Source: Sphingomonadaceae bacterium (GTDB taxonomy: Bacteria; Pseudomonadota; Alphaproteobacteria; Sphingomonadales; Sphingomonadaceae). Taken from it: a stretch of 64,000 nt of DNA. Each line of letters starts with the position of its first letter. Within the stretch, counting starts at the first letter, position 1. Positions 27,437 to 37,287 of this stretch are shown here, piece by piece. Position numbers and translations under genes: made by a program. The stretch is taken from the NCBI GenBank assembly GCA_025359445.1, contig JANYGB010000063.1, positions 621-64,620 of the forward strand, given 5' to 3'. The notes beneath the pieces are model-generated. The model did no database searches. It had not been told where the DNA came from and saw nothing but the letters and a program-made list of their open reading frames with translations.

Positions 27437-28519
27437 ATGGCAAAGGACTACCAGTTCATCGATGTGTATGCCAGCGGACCGGGGATCGTGGTTGCGGCTT
27501 TTGACAACCAGGTGGCTTATTGCACGATGGCTGGCGCGACGGTGACTGCGCGGATTGTGGCGGCGTTACGCGATTTGCTTGAGCGCGGCGAGCGCGGAAA
27601 GCTGCTCGACACTGTGCGCAATTGGCCGGGCGCGCCGCTGGCCGATGCGCTGCCGCTGCGCCTCGCCGGCGGAATTCACGCGCTGCGGCTCAAGGGTGCA
27701 GAACCGCAGCTTGAATTGATCTATTCGGGTCAAACAGATGTCGACGACGCTTCGATCGTGGCAGCAGCAATCCGCCATCACGAGGCGGAATTGCTCCCCT
27801 GGCTCGACGGCCCGCCGCAGACCAACGAGGCCGGGCGCTCGGCAAATTTCATCGCGGCGATGCTGTGGTTGGCCGAGCAGGGATTGCCGCCGCGGTTCCA
27901 GTGCCTCGAAATCGGCTCGAGCGCCGGGATAAACCTGATGCTGGCGCGCTATCACTACGATCTGGCCGGGGTGCAGGTTGGGCCCGAGCCGGGCGCAATG
28001 CGGTTTCAGCCTGAATGGCAGGGCAAGGCGCCGCCAGACCGTGCGATCGAGATTGCCTCGACCAAGGGCTGCGATGTCGCCCCGGTCGACCTGACCGATC
28101 CGGCGCAGGCACTGCGGCTCAGCGCCTATATCTGGCCTGAGCACACCGTGCGGTTCGAGCGGATGGATGCAGCGATTGCCGAAGCGACCAAGCGCGCCCC
28201 CGATCTGGTGCGGATGAACGCCGCTGATTTTGTCGAAGCCGAACTAGCCCAGCCGCAAGCCGCGGGGACGACGCGGGTGCTGATGCATTCGATCGTGTGG
28301 CAATATGTCCCCGAGGATCAGCAGGCGCGCGTCACCGCCGCGATGGAAGCAGCCGGTGCGCGGGCCACCCGCGAACGTCCGCTGGCGTGGATTTCGCTTG
28401 AGTCGAACCGGGTGCTGCATATCCACGAAATGACGGTGCGCTATTGGCCGGGTGGCGGCGAGCCAACGCTGCTGGCGCGCGCGCATCCGCATGGGGCGAA
28501 CATTGAGTGGTTGGGTTGA
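27437..28519 (+). CDS. DUF2332 family protein
   Basis: PQTNEAGRS, EIGSSAGINL, LSAYIWPE, HSIVWQY. Confidence 0.9.
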   Translation: MAKDYQFIDVYASGPGIVVAAFDNQVAYCTMAGATVTARIVAALRDLLERGERGKLLDTVRNWPGAPLADALPLRLAGGIHALRLKGAEPQLELIYSGQTDVDDASIVAAAIRHHEAELLPWLDGPPQTNEAGRSANFIAAMLWLAEQGLPPRFQCLEIGSSAGINLMLARYHYDLAGVQVGPEPGAMRFQPEWQGKAPPDRAIEIASTKGCDVAPVDLTDPAQALRLSAYIWPEHTVRFERMDAAIAEATKRAPDLVRMNAADFVEAELAQPQAAGTTRVLMHSIVWQYVPEDQQARVTAAMEAAGARATRERPLAWISLESNRVLHIHEMTVRYWPGGGEPTLLARAHPHGANIEWLG

Positions 28520-28554
28520 GGTTAGACAGGTGAGTCCGTAAAAATTCCGTTCGT

Positions 28555-29904
28555 TTAGTTAGAATTTCGCCGCCCTGCTTCCCGCGCCAGCCGCGCGGCC
28601 CGGCGCTGATCCGTTCGCGCGCGCAGGAACTTGCCCAGCCGCCAGCCGCGCCGCTCCATCGCCTCCATCCAGCCGCCGTGGAAGCTGCCCCATTCCCACA
28701 CGGCGATGGCGATGAACAACAGGGTGGTGGTGGTGAACAGCACCAGTCCCGCTGGGTGGAGGAAATAGCCCCAGGCGGCGAGCGCCACGGCAAACCATAA
28801 GCCGTAAACGTGTGACGCCGGGTACCACGGCTGCCCGCTCGAAATCCGCTTGAACCCCGCCAGCCCGGCGATAAATAACGCAGTCCCGCCGAACACCACC
28901 GCTACAAACTCGCCGTGGGCCCCGTCGTAAGGATGGCTCATCACCAGCTCGTCCGCCACTGCCAGCACGATGATCCCGGCGACAATCGGGATGTGCCAAT
29001 ACGTAAACGCCTGCCGCGCGATCAGGCCGGGGACCGCGTGATTCTCGATATGCCGTTGCCCGCGCCGCGCGCCCATGTCGAAATAGAGCCACCACATCGC
29101 GAACGAGCCGACGAAGGCGTTGAGCAGCGCGAAGTTAAGCCCCGGCTGGCTGCGCGCCAAGGCATAAGTCGCGCCGGTGATGACCAGTCCTTCGCCCAGC
29201 GCGATAATGATGAACAACCCGCAGCGTTCGGCCATGTGGCTGCCCGAAATGACCCAGTCCTCGGGCAACGACTTGCCGAACCGGGGGACGCGGAAGTAGG
29301 CAACCGGCCCCGCATATTCGATTCCCAGTGCGAGCAGCCACAGCGCGCAGCGCACCGGCACGCTATCCTGCACCGCGCCCCACAGCCACAGCGGCGCGGT
29401 CGCGGCGAACCAGATGGTAACGCGCAGCAGGTTGCGTCCCTGGCCATCGTTTTCGCGCGCCATCACCCGGCTGACGTAGATACTGCGCCCGATCTGGATC
29501 GTGATATAGCTGACCGCAAAGGCCAGCCCGCTTGCGCCGAACGCGCCCGGCACCGCGGCCGACATGATCAGACTGCCGAGCATCACCGCGCCGAGCATCA
29601 GCCGGTTGGGCGCGCGGTCGGGGTCGATCCAGTTGGTCACCCAGGTGGTGAACATCCACGCCCACCATACCGCCAGGAACAGCAGCCCGGTCTTGAATGC
29701 GCCGGGCAGGCTGAGGTCGGCGATCAGGAAGTGCGACAGCTGGGTGACCGCGAAGACGAAGATCAGGTCGAAAAACAGCTCGAGATTGCTGACCGCCGCA
29801 TAGCCGCCATTGTGATTGCGCAGCAGCGAGCGGCGCGCCTTGGCCTCGGCCGCCGCAATCGCCGCGCCGATTCCGCCACCGGTGCGGCGCGGTGCATCAG
29901 CCAT
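28555..29904 (-). CDS. ltrA: Low temperature requirement protein A family membrane protein
   Basis: LELFFDLIFVFAVTQ, HMAERCGLFIIIALGE, MWWLYF. Confidence 0.92.
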   Translation of the reverse strand: MADAPRRTGGGIGAAIAAAEAKARRSLLRNHNGGYAAVSNLELFFDLIFVFAVTQLSHFLIADLSLPGAFKTGLLFLAVWWAWMFTTWVTNWIDPDRAPNRLMLGAVMLGSLIMSAAVPGAFGASGLAFAVSYITIQIGRSIYVSRVMARENDGQGRNLLRVTIWFAATAPLWLWGAVQDSVPVRCALWLLALGIEYAGPVAYFRVPRFGKSLPEDWVISGSHMAERCGLFIIIALGEGLVITGATYALARSQPGLNFALLNAFVGSFAMWWLYFDMGARRGQRHIENHAVPGLIARQAFTYWHIPIVAGIIVLAVADELVMSHPYDGAHGEFVAVVFGGTALFIAGLAGFKRISSGQPWYPASHVYGLWFAVALAAWGYFLHPAGLVLFTTTTLLFIAIAVWEWGSFHGGWMEAMERRGWRLGKFLRARTDQRRAARLAREAGRRNSN

Positions 29905-30805
29905 CGGCAGTGCGGGCAAGAAACGCATCGAGCGCGGCGTTGAACGCTTCGGGCGCTTCCCATTGGACGAAATGCCCTGCGCCCGGAATTCGCGCGATGG
30001 TCAGGTCGGTGATGAGATCGTCCATTCCGTCGAGGTTGGCAGGGGGCAGCGCGAAATCGTCCATCGCCCAGACCACCAGCGTCGGGATGGTCTGCTTGGG
30101 CAACGGGAAGGGCTGCCAACCCGCAGGCAGTTCATAGGGTGCATCGAGCGGCAACACTTCCATCGGGCTGGCGCGATACCAATTGAGCATGGCAATCGCC
30201 GCATCCGGATCGGACCAGTCTTCGAGCATCGCGGCGCGCTCTTCGTCTTCCAGCATGGGCGATTGTTCGCGCTCACCCATGGATTTGATCAACAAGGCGC
30301 CGAGGCCGAACTGGCGGACCAGCGCATCATTGGCCGGATCGCGGAAATCCCGGAAATACTGGCTCGCCGCGCGCTGGACCGGGTTGGTGTAAAGCAGCTT
30401 GGGGAACAGCACCGGGTGCGGCGCATTGGCGATCACCGCGCGGGTCACCCGGCCGTTGAGCTGCCCGGTTATCGCCACCCCCCAGGCAATCGCGCCGCCC
30501 CAATCGTGGCCGATGATGGTGAACTTTTCGATGCCGAGTGCATCGGCGAGCAGGAAAACGTCGCCGATCAATTTATCGGGGCTATAGTTCTCCACCCCCA
30601 GCGGCTTGGACGATCCGCGATAGCCGCGCTGGTCAGGGGCAATGCAGCGGAACCGGCCCGACAAGTGCGCGATCTGGTGCCGCCAGGTGCGGTGGCTGTC
30701 AGGGAAGCCGTGGAGAAAGATCAGCGCGGAGGCATCGCGCGGCCCGGTGTCCACCACATCGAGTTCGATCCCGTTCGCCAGCGTGACCCGCTGTTGCTCC
30801 ATCAT
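29897..30805 (-). CDS. Alpha/beta hydrolase, epoxide hydrolase-like
   Basis: FLHGFPD, APDQRGY, GHDWGG, NWYRA, GHFVQWE. Confidence 0.93.
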   Translation of the reverse strand: MMEQQRVTLANGIELDVVDTGPRDASALIFLHGFPDSHRTWRHQIAHLSGRFRCIAPDQRGYRGSSKPLGVENYSPDKLIGDVFLLADALGIEKFTIIGHDWGGAIAWGVAITGQLNGRVTRAVIANAPHPVLFPKLLYTNPVQRAASQYFRDFRDPANDALVRQFGLGALLIKSMGEREQSPMLEDEERAAMLEDWSDPDAAIAMLNWYRASPMEVLPLDAPYELPAGWQPFPLPKQTIPTLVVWAMDDFALPPANLDGMDDLITDLTIARIPGAGHFVQWEAPEAFNAALDAFLARTADG

Positions 30806-31632
30806 TCGGCGCCTTCATTCATCCGCTTGACGTACCCGGCGGCCATGAATGCGCCGATCTGGTCGAGCAGGGCATCGGGCGTGCGGCGGGCCTCGCCCAT
30901 CGCCTTCTCCGCACCCTCGGCGACGATGATCTCGCGTTGTCCGGCGAGCATTTCGGCCAGCATCTGCGCCACCGCGACGGCCGGTTCGATGCCGTTGTCG
31001 ATCACTTTGTCGCTGACCCCGCGTTTAGCGCCGTCAGCAGTCAGCGCGTTGCGCGAGACGTCGGTGGCGACCGATCCGGGGTAGATATTGTGCACCTGCA
31101 AGCCGAGATGCGCGACTTCGGCGCGCAGCGCATCGCCGTATCCCGCAAGCCCGAACTTGGCGGCGCAATAGGCGGTGCGCATCGGCACCCCGACCTTGCC
31201 GGCGATGCTCGATATCATCGCGATCCGCCCGCTCCCGCGCGCCACCATGCGCGGCAGCAGCGCCTGAGTCAGCGCGATCGGCGCGAGCAGGTCGACCGCG
31301 ATAATCTGCTGGTACACCGCAAAGTCCGTCTCTTGCGCCAGGCTGCGCTGCGATATCCCGGCGTTGTTGACGAGGAGATCGATCCCGCCAGCCCAGCCCC
31401 ACGCCAGCTCGGCAGCCGGGCCAATCGCAGCAAAGTCAGTCGTTTCGAACGGCAGCACCAGCGCCTGGGGGCAATCGGCGGCCACGGCGTCGAGCGCCGC
31501 CACGTTGCGGCCCGACAGCACCAGCCGCGCGCCTTGCGCCGCCAGCCCGCGCGCGAGGGCCGCACCAATCCCCGATGAAGCGCCGGTAATCCACGCGGCT
31601 TGTCCGGCCCAATCAGTCGAATTTGTTGTCAT
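30802..31632 (-). CDS. Short-chain dehydrogenase/reductase (DHRS7-like)
   Basis: ITGASSGIG, NNAG, YCAAK. Confidence 0.95.
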   Translation of the reverse strand: MTTNSTDWAGQAAWITGASSGIGAALARGLAAQGARLVLSGRNVAALDAVAADCPQALVLPFETTDFAAIGPAAELAWGWAGGIDLLVNNAGISQRSLAQETDFAVYQQIIAVDLLAPIALTQALLPRMVARGSGRIAMISSIAGKVGVPMRTAYCAAKFGLAGYGDALRAEVAHLGLQVHNIYPGSVATDVSRNALTADGAKRGVSDKVIDNGIEPAVAVAQMLAEMLAGQREIIVAEGAEKAMGEARRTPDALLDQIGAFMAAGYVKRMNEGAE

Positions 31633-31744
31633 TGTTTGCGTCCTGCGAAATTTCGTTACGGAGCGGTGTAATGTGGCTGGCGGCCGAAAACAAATCGCAT
31701 CCGGCCTTTACCAGTTTGCAAGATGAGCTGGCTACTAGGCGTTC

Positions 31745-32764
31745 ATGCGTAGTCTTGTGTCAATAATTGTCGCGGCGATCCTGCTCGCACTGGGAGCGCC
31801 GGTCGCGCAGGCTCAGGAAGTGCTGGCCAACCGCAGCTTCGAAACACCCGTTGCGCCGGCCAACGGCAACAATTTCTACACGGCCATACCCAGCTGGACG
31901 GTCGTCAATGTCACGCCCGCACAGGCGCAGCCGTGGAACATCGTGCTGGCCTGGTCGGGTTATGCCAACAACCCGGCCGTCACCCCCAGCGGGGGCGGGG
32001 CGCAGTATCTGGACATCAACAGCGCAGCGGGATCGATCCGCCAGACCATCGTTGTGCCATCGAACGGGATGATCGACATCAGCGGCTGGTTTTCGGTGCG
32101 CGACTTTCCGCAGGCGTTGACCGGACTGAATATCAACATTCGCCGCACCGACGGGACGCTGGTGGCGACCACCGCCACCAGCTTTGCCGCAACCGATCCG
32201 ATCGGGCTGTGGAAGCAAGCCGCGCTGGCCAACATTCCGCTGACCGCCGGTAGTTACATCTTCGAAGTCGACGTGCCCAATTATGCCAACGTCGATCTGT
32301 TCAGTGCGGTGTTCAAGCCCGGGCTGACGGTGTCGAAGACCAGCACGCCCTATTCCGATCCGCTGAACGGCACCACCAATCCCAAATTCCTGCCCGGCGG
32401 ACGGGCGGAATATGCCATCGCGATTACGACGCCGTCGAGCTACTCGGTGACCAGCAATTCGATTGTCCTGGTCGATACAACGCCTGCCAAGAGTGAACTG
32501 GTGGTCAGCGATTTCGGTGCTGCGGGAAGTGGCCCTGCTTCGTTCGCGGCCGGTTCTTCGGGGCTGACATACAGCTTCAGCAGTCTTGGCAGCACCACCG
32601 ACAATGTCGATTTCTCCAGCGATAACGGCACGACCTGGACCTACACACCCGTCGCCAATGCCAACGGCACCGATCCGTTTGCCACGGCAGTGCGGATCCG
32701 CCCGCAAGGAACCATGACGGCAAGTTCGATTGCAACCGTGCGGCTGCGCTACCTGATCAAATAG
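31745..32764 (+). CDS. Secreted two-domain beta-rich surface protein (N-terminal jelly-roll/CBM-like, C-terminal DUF11-like)
   Basis: Signal peptide ending AQA, NRSFETP start, C-terminal VSKTS..SDPLNGTTNPKFLPG..DFSSDNGTTWTY. Confidence 0.65.
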   Translation: MRSLVSIIVAAILLALGAPVAQAQEVLANRSFETPVAPANGNNFYTAIPSWTVVNVTPAQAQPWNIVLAWSGYANNPAVTPSGGGAQYLDINSAAGSIRQTIVVPSNGMIDISGWFSVRDFPQALTGLNINIRRTDGTLVATTATSFAATDPIGLWKQAALANIPLTAGSYIFEVDVPNYANVDLFSAVFKPGLTVSKTSTPYSDPLNGTTNPKFLPGGRAEYAIAITTPSSYSVTSNSIVLVDTTPAKSELVVSDFGAAGSGPASFAAGSSGLTYSFSSLGSTTDNVDFSSDNGTTWTYTPVANANGTDPFATAVRIRPQGTMTASSIATVRLRYLIK

Positions 32765-32769
32765 CGCTG

Positions 32770-33655
32770 TCAGCTATCGCTGTTGGTCAGCGGCACATCG
32801 GGGATCGGGATGAACTCCTCGCGGTCTCCCGGCACCGTGCCGAATGCGCCGCTGCGCCAGTCCGCTTTGGCCTGATCGATCCGCTCGCGCGAGCTGGAGA
32901 CGAAATTCCACCAGACATGGCGCGGGGTGGCGAAGGCCTCACCGCCAAGCAGCATCACGCGCCCGCCGCTGGCCGAGGTAAGCTGCATCGGCGCGCCCGG
33001 TGCCAGCACGCTGAGGCCGTAGAGTTCAAGCGGCAGGCCATTGATTTCCGCCTCGCCGCCGACCAGCATCACCGCGCGCTCATCGGCTTCTGCGTCGATC
33101 GGGATCGCACCACCGGGGGCGAGCAGGATCTCGGCGTAGATGGTTGCGGCGTGCTGGGTGGTCGGCGCGGACTGGCCCCACAGCGAGCCCATGATCACCC
33201 GCGCGGAGGTGCAATTGTCCTCGATCAGCGGCAAGTCGGCGCGGCTTTCGAACGCGGGTGCGATCTCCTCCTGCCCAGTCGGGCAGCGCGAGCCAGGTCT
33301 GCATCCCGTATAGAAGCGGGCCATCCGCACGCTCGGTCAGCGGTGAGCGCTCGGAATGGACGATGCCTTTGCCTGCCGTCATCAGGTTGACCTGGCCCGG
33401 GCGGATCGTCGCAAACGAGCCGATGCTGTCGCGGTGATCGATCGCGCCTTCGAATAGCCAGGTCACCGTGGCGAGGCCGATGTGCGGGTGCGGGCGCACG
33501 TCCATCGCGTGGCCGGGCGGCAAGTGCGCCGGGCCGAACTGGTCGACGAAGATAAACGGCCCGACCATCACGCGGCCCGGCGACGGCAAGGCGCGCCGCA
33601 CCTGAAATGCGCCGAGATCGTGGGTAACCGGGTGGATGGTGGCTTCGACCGTCAC
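32770..33655 (-). pseudogene. Pirin family protein with a frameshift
   Basis: [29 protein letters not shown] in one frame continues as [15 protein letters not shown] in another; one extra base near 33277. Confidence 0.85.
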
Positions 33656-33659
33656 GCGC

Positions 33660-34433
33660 TCAGCTATTGCCGCTCTTGTCGGTAAGCTGCTTGGCCGCCG
33701 CCAGCAGCTCGGTCGGGAACATCGCGATGATGGTGGAATTGTGCTCGACCCCGATCTCGCTCAGCGTCTGCAGACGCCGCAGTTCGAGCGCGCCGGGGAC
33801 TTCGCCGATCACCCGCGCGGCATCGGCGAGCTTGGCCGAAGCTTCGCTTTCACCTTCGGCCTTGATGATCCGCGCGCGCTTTTCGCGGATTGCCTCGGCT
33901 TCGCGGGCAATCGCGCGCTGCATCTGTTCGGGGATGTCGAGGTCCTTGATCTCGACCGCATCGACCGCGACGCCCCATTGCTTGACCGTCTTGTCGAGCA
34001 ATTCGAGCAGCCGGGCGTTGATTGAGGTGCGGTCCTTGAGGATCAGGTCGAGCTCGCTTTGCCCGATCGCATCACGCAGCCCGGTCTCGGCAGCCTGGAT
34101 TACCGCGCTGGTCCAATCCATCACCGTGGTGACGACCTTGGCTGCATCGACTGCGCGGAACCACAACACCGCATTGATCTTCACTGCCACCCCGTCGCGG
34201 GTCACGGTTTCCTGTGTGGCCAGTGCATAAGTGATCACGCGCTGATCGATCTTCACCACCCGCTCGATAATCGGGATCAGCCAGAACCAACCGGGCCCCT
34301 TGGTCTCCTTGAGCCGCCCCAGCCGGAACACCACCCCGCGCTGGTATTCCTGATTGATCCCGAAGCTCTTGAGCGCGAGGACAATGACCACGAAAATAGC
34401 AAACAGGCCAAAGCCGGAAATGGCACCAGGCAT
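33660..34433 (-). CDS. SPFH/stomatin (band 7) membrane protein
   Basis: [49 protein letters not shown]. Confidence 0.95.
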   Translation of the reverse strand: MPGAISGFGLFAIFVVIVLALKSFGINQEYQRGVVFRLGRLKETKGPGWFWLIPIIERVVKIDQRVITYALATQETVTRDGVAVKINAVLWFRAVDAAKVVTTVMDWTSAVIQAAETGLRDAIGQSELDLILKDRTSINARLLELLDKTVKQWGVAVDAVEIKDLDIPEQMQRAIAREAEAIREKRARIIKAEGESEASAKLADAARVIGEVPGALELRRLQTLSEIGVEHNSTIIAMFPTELLAAAKQLTDKSGNS

Positions 34434-34443
34434 TATCGTCTCC

Positions 34444-34716
34444 TCATTCGCCGGGGGCAGAGGCCCGGATCGCCAGAGCATGGACCCGCGCGCCCGGAAT
34501 GTCACCCAGCGCGCGGTTGATCATGCGTTGCCGTTCGAGCCGCGAGAGGCCGATGAACGCCGCGCTTTCGATCTCCACGGTAAAATGCGATTCGCCCGAT
34601 CCGTCATCGCCAGAGTGGCCATGGTGGCGCGCGCTGTCGTTGATCACGCCGAGGCGGGTGGGGCTGAAAGCTGCAGTCAGCAACTGTTCCATTTCATTGG
34701 CAAGCGGTCCGGGCAT
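34444..34716 (-). CDS. bolA: BolA family protein
   Basis: NDSARHHGH, ESHF, RLERQRMI, VHALAI. Confidence 0.93.
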   Translation of the reverse strand: MPGPLANEMEQLLTAAFSPTRLGVINDSARHHGHSGDDGSGESHFTVEIESAAFIGLSRLERQRMINRALGDIPGARVHALAIRASAPGE

Positions 34717-34745
34717 GCCTTCCCTTCTAGCCGATCAATCGCCAT

Positions 34746-35333
34746 GTGGAAGGGGTGACTAACGATCGATTCCATGGGCGCAACGCAGGGCGGGGCCAAC
34801 GGTGCGACGTGCCGGGTTGCCCCGAGCCAGGCGAGTTTCGCGCACCCGGCCCGCGCAATCCGGGCTTCGATGGCCCGGGCGAGTACCGCTGGTACTGCCT
34901 CGATCACGTTCGGCAGTTCAACGCCGGATACAACTGGTTCGCCGGGATGAGCCCCGACGAAATCCTTTCCGCGCAGCATCCGGTGCATGGCTGGGACCGG
35001 CAGACGCGGGCCTTTTCGCCCACCGCGAGGATCGACGGCGCGCCGCGCTGGGCCGATTTTGCCGATCCGCTCGAAGCAATCAGCGCGCGGGCCAGAGCGC
35101 GCCAGCCGGCCCGGCGGGATGATGGACGGCTGGTGACGCCGGACGAGCGGCGCGCCCTATCAACGCTGGGCCTGCCGCTCGACACCGACCGGCGCGCGCT
35201 GCGAATGCGCTACACCGATCTGGTCCGCACGCTCCACCCCGATCGCAACGGCGGTGACCGCAGCCATGAGGCGCGGCTGCAACTGGTGGTTGAAGCGTAT
35301 CAGCTGCTCAGGAAGGCGGCAGCGTTCGCTTGA
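34746..35333 (+). CDS. J-domain protein with N-terminal Cys-rich region
   Basis: CDVPGC..GEFRAP..CLDHVRQFNAGYNWF; C-terminal J domain with HPD motif. Confidence 0.93.
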   Translation: MEGVTNDRFHGRNAGRGQRCDVPGCPEPGEFRAPGPRNPGFDGPGEYRWYCLDHVRQFNAGYNWFAGMSPDEILSAQHPVHGWDRQTRAFSPTARIDGAPRWADFADPLEAISARARARQPARRDDGRLVTPDERRALSTLGLPLDTDRRALRMRYTDLVRTLHPDRNGGDRSHEARLQLVVEAYQLLRKAAAFA

Positions 35334-35340
35334 ACCCTTA

Positions 35341-35367
35341 AAATCCTCCCCTACTCGGGGAGGATTT
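35341..35367. terminator. Hairpin between convergent genes
   Basis: AAATCCTCCCC-TACTC-GGGGAGGATTT, perfect 11-bp arms. Confidence 0.6.
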
Positions 35368-35393
35368 AATCGGCAGTGCTCCGATCGTTGTCT

Positions 35394-35801
35394 TTATCTT
35401 ACTTGTTCAATCTTCGCGACAAAATCGGCGACCAGCGCCCGGTCCCTGGCGGTCGGTGTGTTGGGAACGATTGCAAACACCTGCACTCCCGTGTCGCCTA
35501 CAGCGGCGGTGTGCATAGCCTTGATATTAAGCATCGGCCCATTTACGGAAGTATTAAAATCGCCAGCCGGTAGAGATTCTTGCGCTAGAAGGAAATCCAT
35601 ATTGTGATCACGGGAGAATTTTATCACCGCAGCAATTATTAAGTTGGTGTCCTTGTAATTGACATGAATCTCTTTTTGGAAAAACAGATTGTTGTGGTTA
35701 CCAGTAAGCACGTAACGCTCAGGATTATGGTCACTTGAATTGCAACTAGACACGAAAACCGCGAGCGAGATCACTGCGATGATTGGAATTAACCTCCACA
35801 T
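35394..35801 (-). CDS. Low-GC putative lipoprotein, in frame with the upstream membrane protein
   Basis: Own SD AGGAGG, MWRLIPIIAVISLAVFVSSC lipoprotein-type signal, AT-rich codons. Confidence 0.65.
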   Translation of the reverse strand: MWRLIPIIAVISLAVFVSSCNSSDHNPERYVLTGNHNNLFFQKEIHVNYKDTNLIIAAVIKFSRDHNMDFLLAQESLPAGDFNTSVNGPMLNIKAMHTAAVGDTGVQVFAIVPNTPTARDRALVADFVAKIEQVR

Positions 35802-36281
35802 AACTGCTGAAGCCTCCTGAGATGCCGCATCCAAGTCTTTGAACAAGGTGAACATCGGCAGCCCCACCAGGAAGATGTGCGGGAACAACCCGAGCGCGAC
35901 CTTGATCCGATCGGGATCAGGGAAGGGCACGCCAAACCGTTGCGGCAGGACGATCCCGTACATGATGTAATAGAGCGCGAGGCCATAAACCGTCCCCGCC
36001 TTCCACGTCGCCACTGCGCCCAGCATGGTCTTGCGCGCGAGCCATAGCCCGGCACCGGTCATCACCGCCATCAGCGCAAAGTGCACCGCCAGGCCTGCGA
36101 TCACACCGGGCAAACCCCACCCGGCAGCACTATCACCAAGCGGTCCGCTGGCGACGAACAGCCACACCTGCGCCGCGCTGCCGCCACGCAGCGTGGTCAG
36201 GATCGTCGCGTAAAGCGCATCGAGCGTGCCGCACAGAAGCCACACCTTGAGCCAAAGCCGGCGCAAGCCCGGTTCAGCCAC
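35394..36281 (-). CDS. Multi-TM membrane protein read through into the low-GC lipoprotein ORF
   Basis: GTG 36281 overlaps the SRPBCC stop; four hydrophobic segments (GTLDAL..VASG..GLAVHF..YGIVLP..HIFLVGLP); no stop until 35394. Confidence 0.7.
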   Translation of the reverse strand: MAEPGLRRLWLKVWLLCGTLDALYATILTTLRGGSAAQVWLFVASGPLGDSAAGWGLPGVIAGLAVHFALMAVMTGAGLWLARKTMLGAVATWKAGTVYGLALYYIMYGIVLPQRFGVPFPDPDRIKVALGLFPHIFLVGLPMFTLFKDLDAASQEASAVMWRLIPIIAVISLAVFVSSCNSSDHNPERYVLTGNHNNLFFQKEIHVNYKDTNLIIAAVIKFSRDHNMDFLLAQESLPAGDFNTSVNGPMLNIKAMHTAAVGDTGVQVFAIVPNTPTARDRALVADFVAKIEQVR

Positions 36282-36726
36282 CCTCGCACAGCGCCTTGAG
36301 CTGATCGGCCACCGCGCCCCAGCCTTCCGCGAAACCCATTTCCTTGTGGTGCGCCATGCTCTCGGCGGTCCAGTGGCGAGCGCTCGCGGTATAGCGGGTG
36401 CCCTCCTTGCGGTTAACGTCTTCGGGTGCGATCGCAAAAATGCCGATCATGAACGGGCCCGCAGGTTGCAAATCGCCTTCGATCGCGTCGGTGAAGGCAA
36501 AGCGTTTGCCCTCGTCCCAGGCAAGGATGAAGCCGGGGTGCTGGTTGGTCTCGCCATCTGGGCCGAACATTGCTATTTCGGACTTGCCGCCGGCAAAGCG
36601 GTCCATCCGGCTTACTTCGGCGCGCCACGGCTTGGGGCACCACCATTCGTTCATGCGATTGGTCATTACATCCCAGACCGCAGCGGGACTTGCTTCGATC
36701 AGGCGGGTAACGGACATTTCATACAT
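36274..36726 (-). CDS. SRPBCC/AHSA1-like ligand-binding protein
   Basis: VTRLIEASPAAVW, WWCPKPW, HKEMGFAEGWG. Confidence 0.92.
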   Translation of the reverse strand: MYEMSVTRLIEASPAAVWDVMTNRMNEWWCPKPWRAEVSRMDRFAGGKSEIAMFGPDGETNQHPGFILAWDEGKRFAFTDAIEGDLQPAGPFMIGIFAIAPEDVNRKEGTRYTASARHWTAESMAHHKEMGFAEGWGAVADQLKALCEGG

Positions 36727-36804
36727 ATACGTGTGCTTTCCTAAGCCCGGTCGGGCGCGCCGGGCGCAGCATAGCGCCGGTAAGGCCGCAACGCGAGCAT
36801 CGTC

Positions 36805-37287
36805 CTACCCGGCCCGTGCAGCTTTGATCGCGGCGGCGTCGATCTTGCGCATCGTCATCATCGCATCGAACACGCGTTTGCGCACGGCGGGATCGGGATC
36901 GGCCATCCCATCGGTCAGCTCCCGCGGGGTGATCTGCCACGACAGGCCCCACTTGTCCTTGCACCAGCCGCACTGGCTTTCTGCGCCGCCATTGCCGACG
37001 ATCGCGTTCCAGTAGCGATCGGTTTCTTCCTGGCTGTCGGTTGCGATCTGGAAGCTGAACGCTTCGCTATGTTTGAACATCGGCCCGCCGTTTAGCCCGA
37101 CACAGGGCGTGCCCAGCACGGTGAATTCAACCGTCAGGACATCGCCCTGCTGCCCGCTCGGGAAATCACCGGGTGCGCGCATGATCGTGCCGACGCTGCT
37201 GTCGGGAAAGGTTGCGGCATAAAAGGCTGCGGCGTCCTCGGCGGTGCCGTCGTACCACAGGCACAGCGTTACTTTTGGTGCTGTCAT
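36805..37287 (-). CDS. VOC family protein (PhnB / 3-demethylubiquinone methyltransferase-like)
   Basis: LNGGPMFKHSEAFSFQI, CGWCKDKWGLSWQI. Confidence 0.93.
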   Translation of the reverse strand: MTAPKVTLCLWYDGTAEDAAAFYAATFPDSSVGTIMRAPGDFPSGQQGDVLTVEFTVLGTPCVGLNGGPMFKHSEAFSFQIATDSQEETDRYWNAIVGNGGAESQCGWCKDKWGLSWQITPRELTDGMADPDPAVRKRVFDAMMTMRKIDAAAIKAARAG

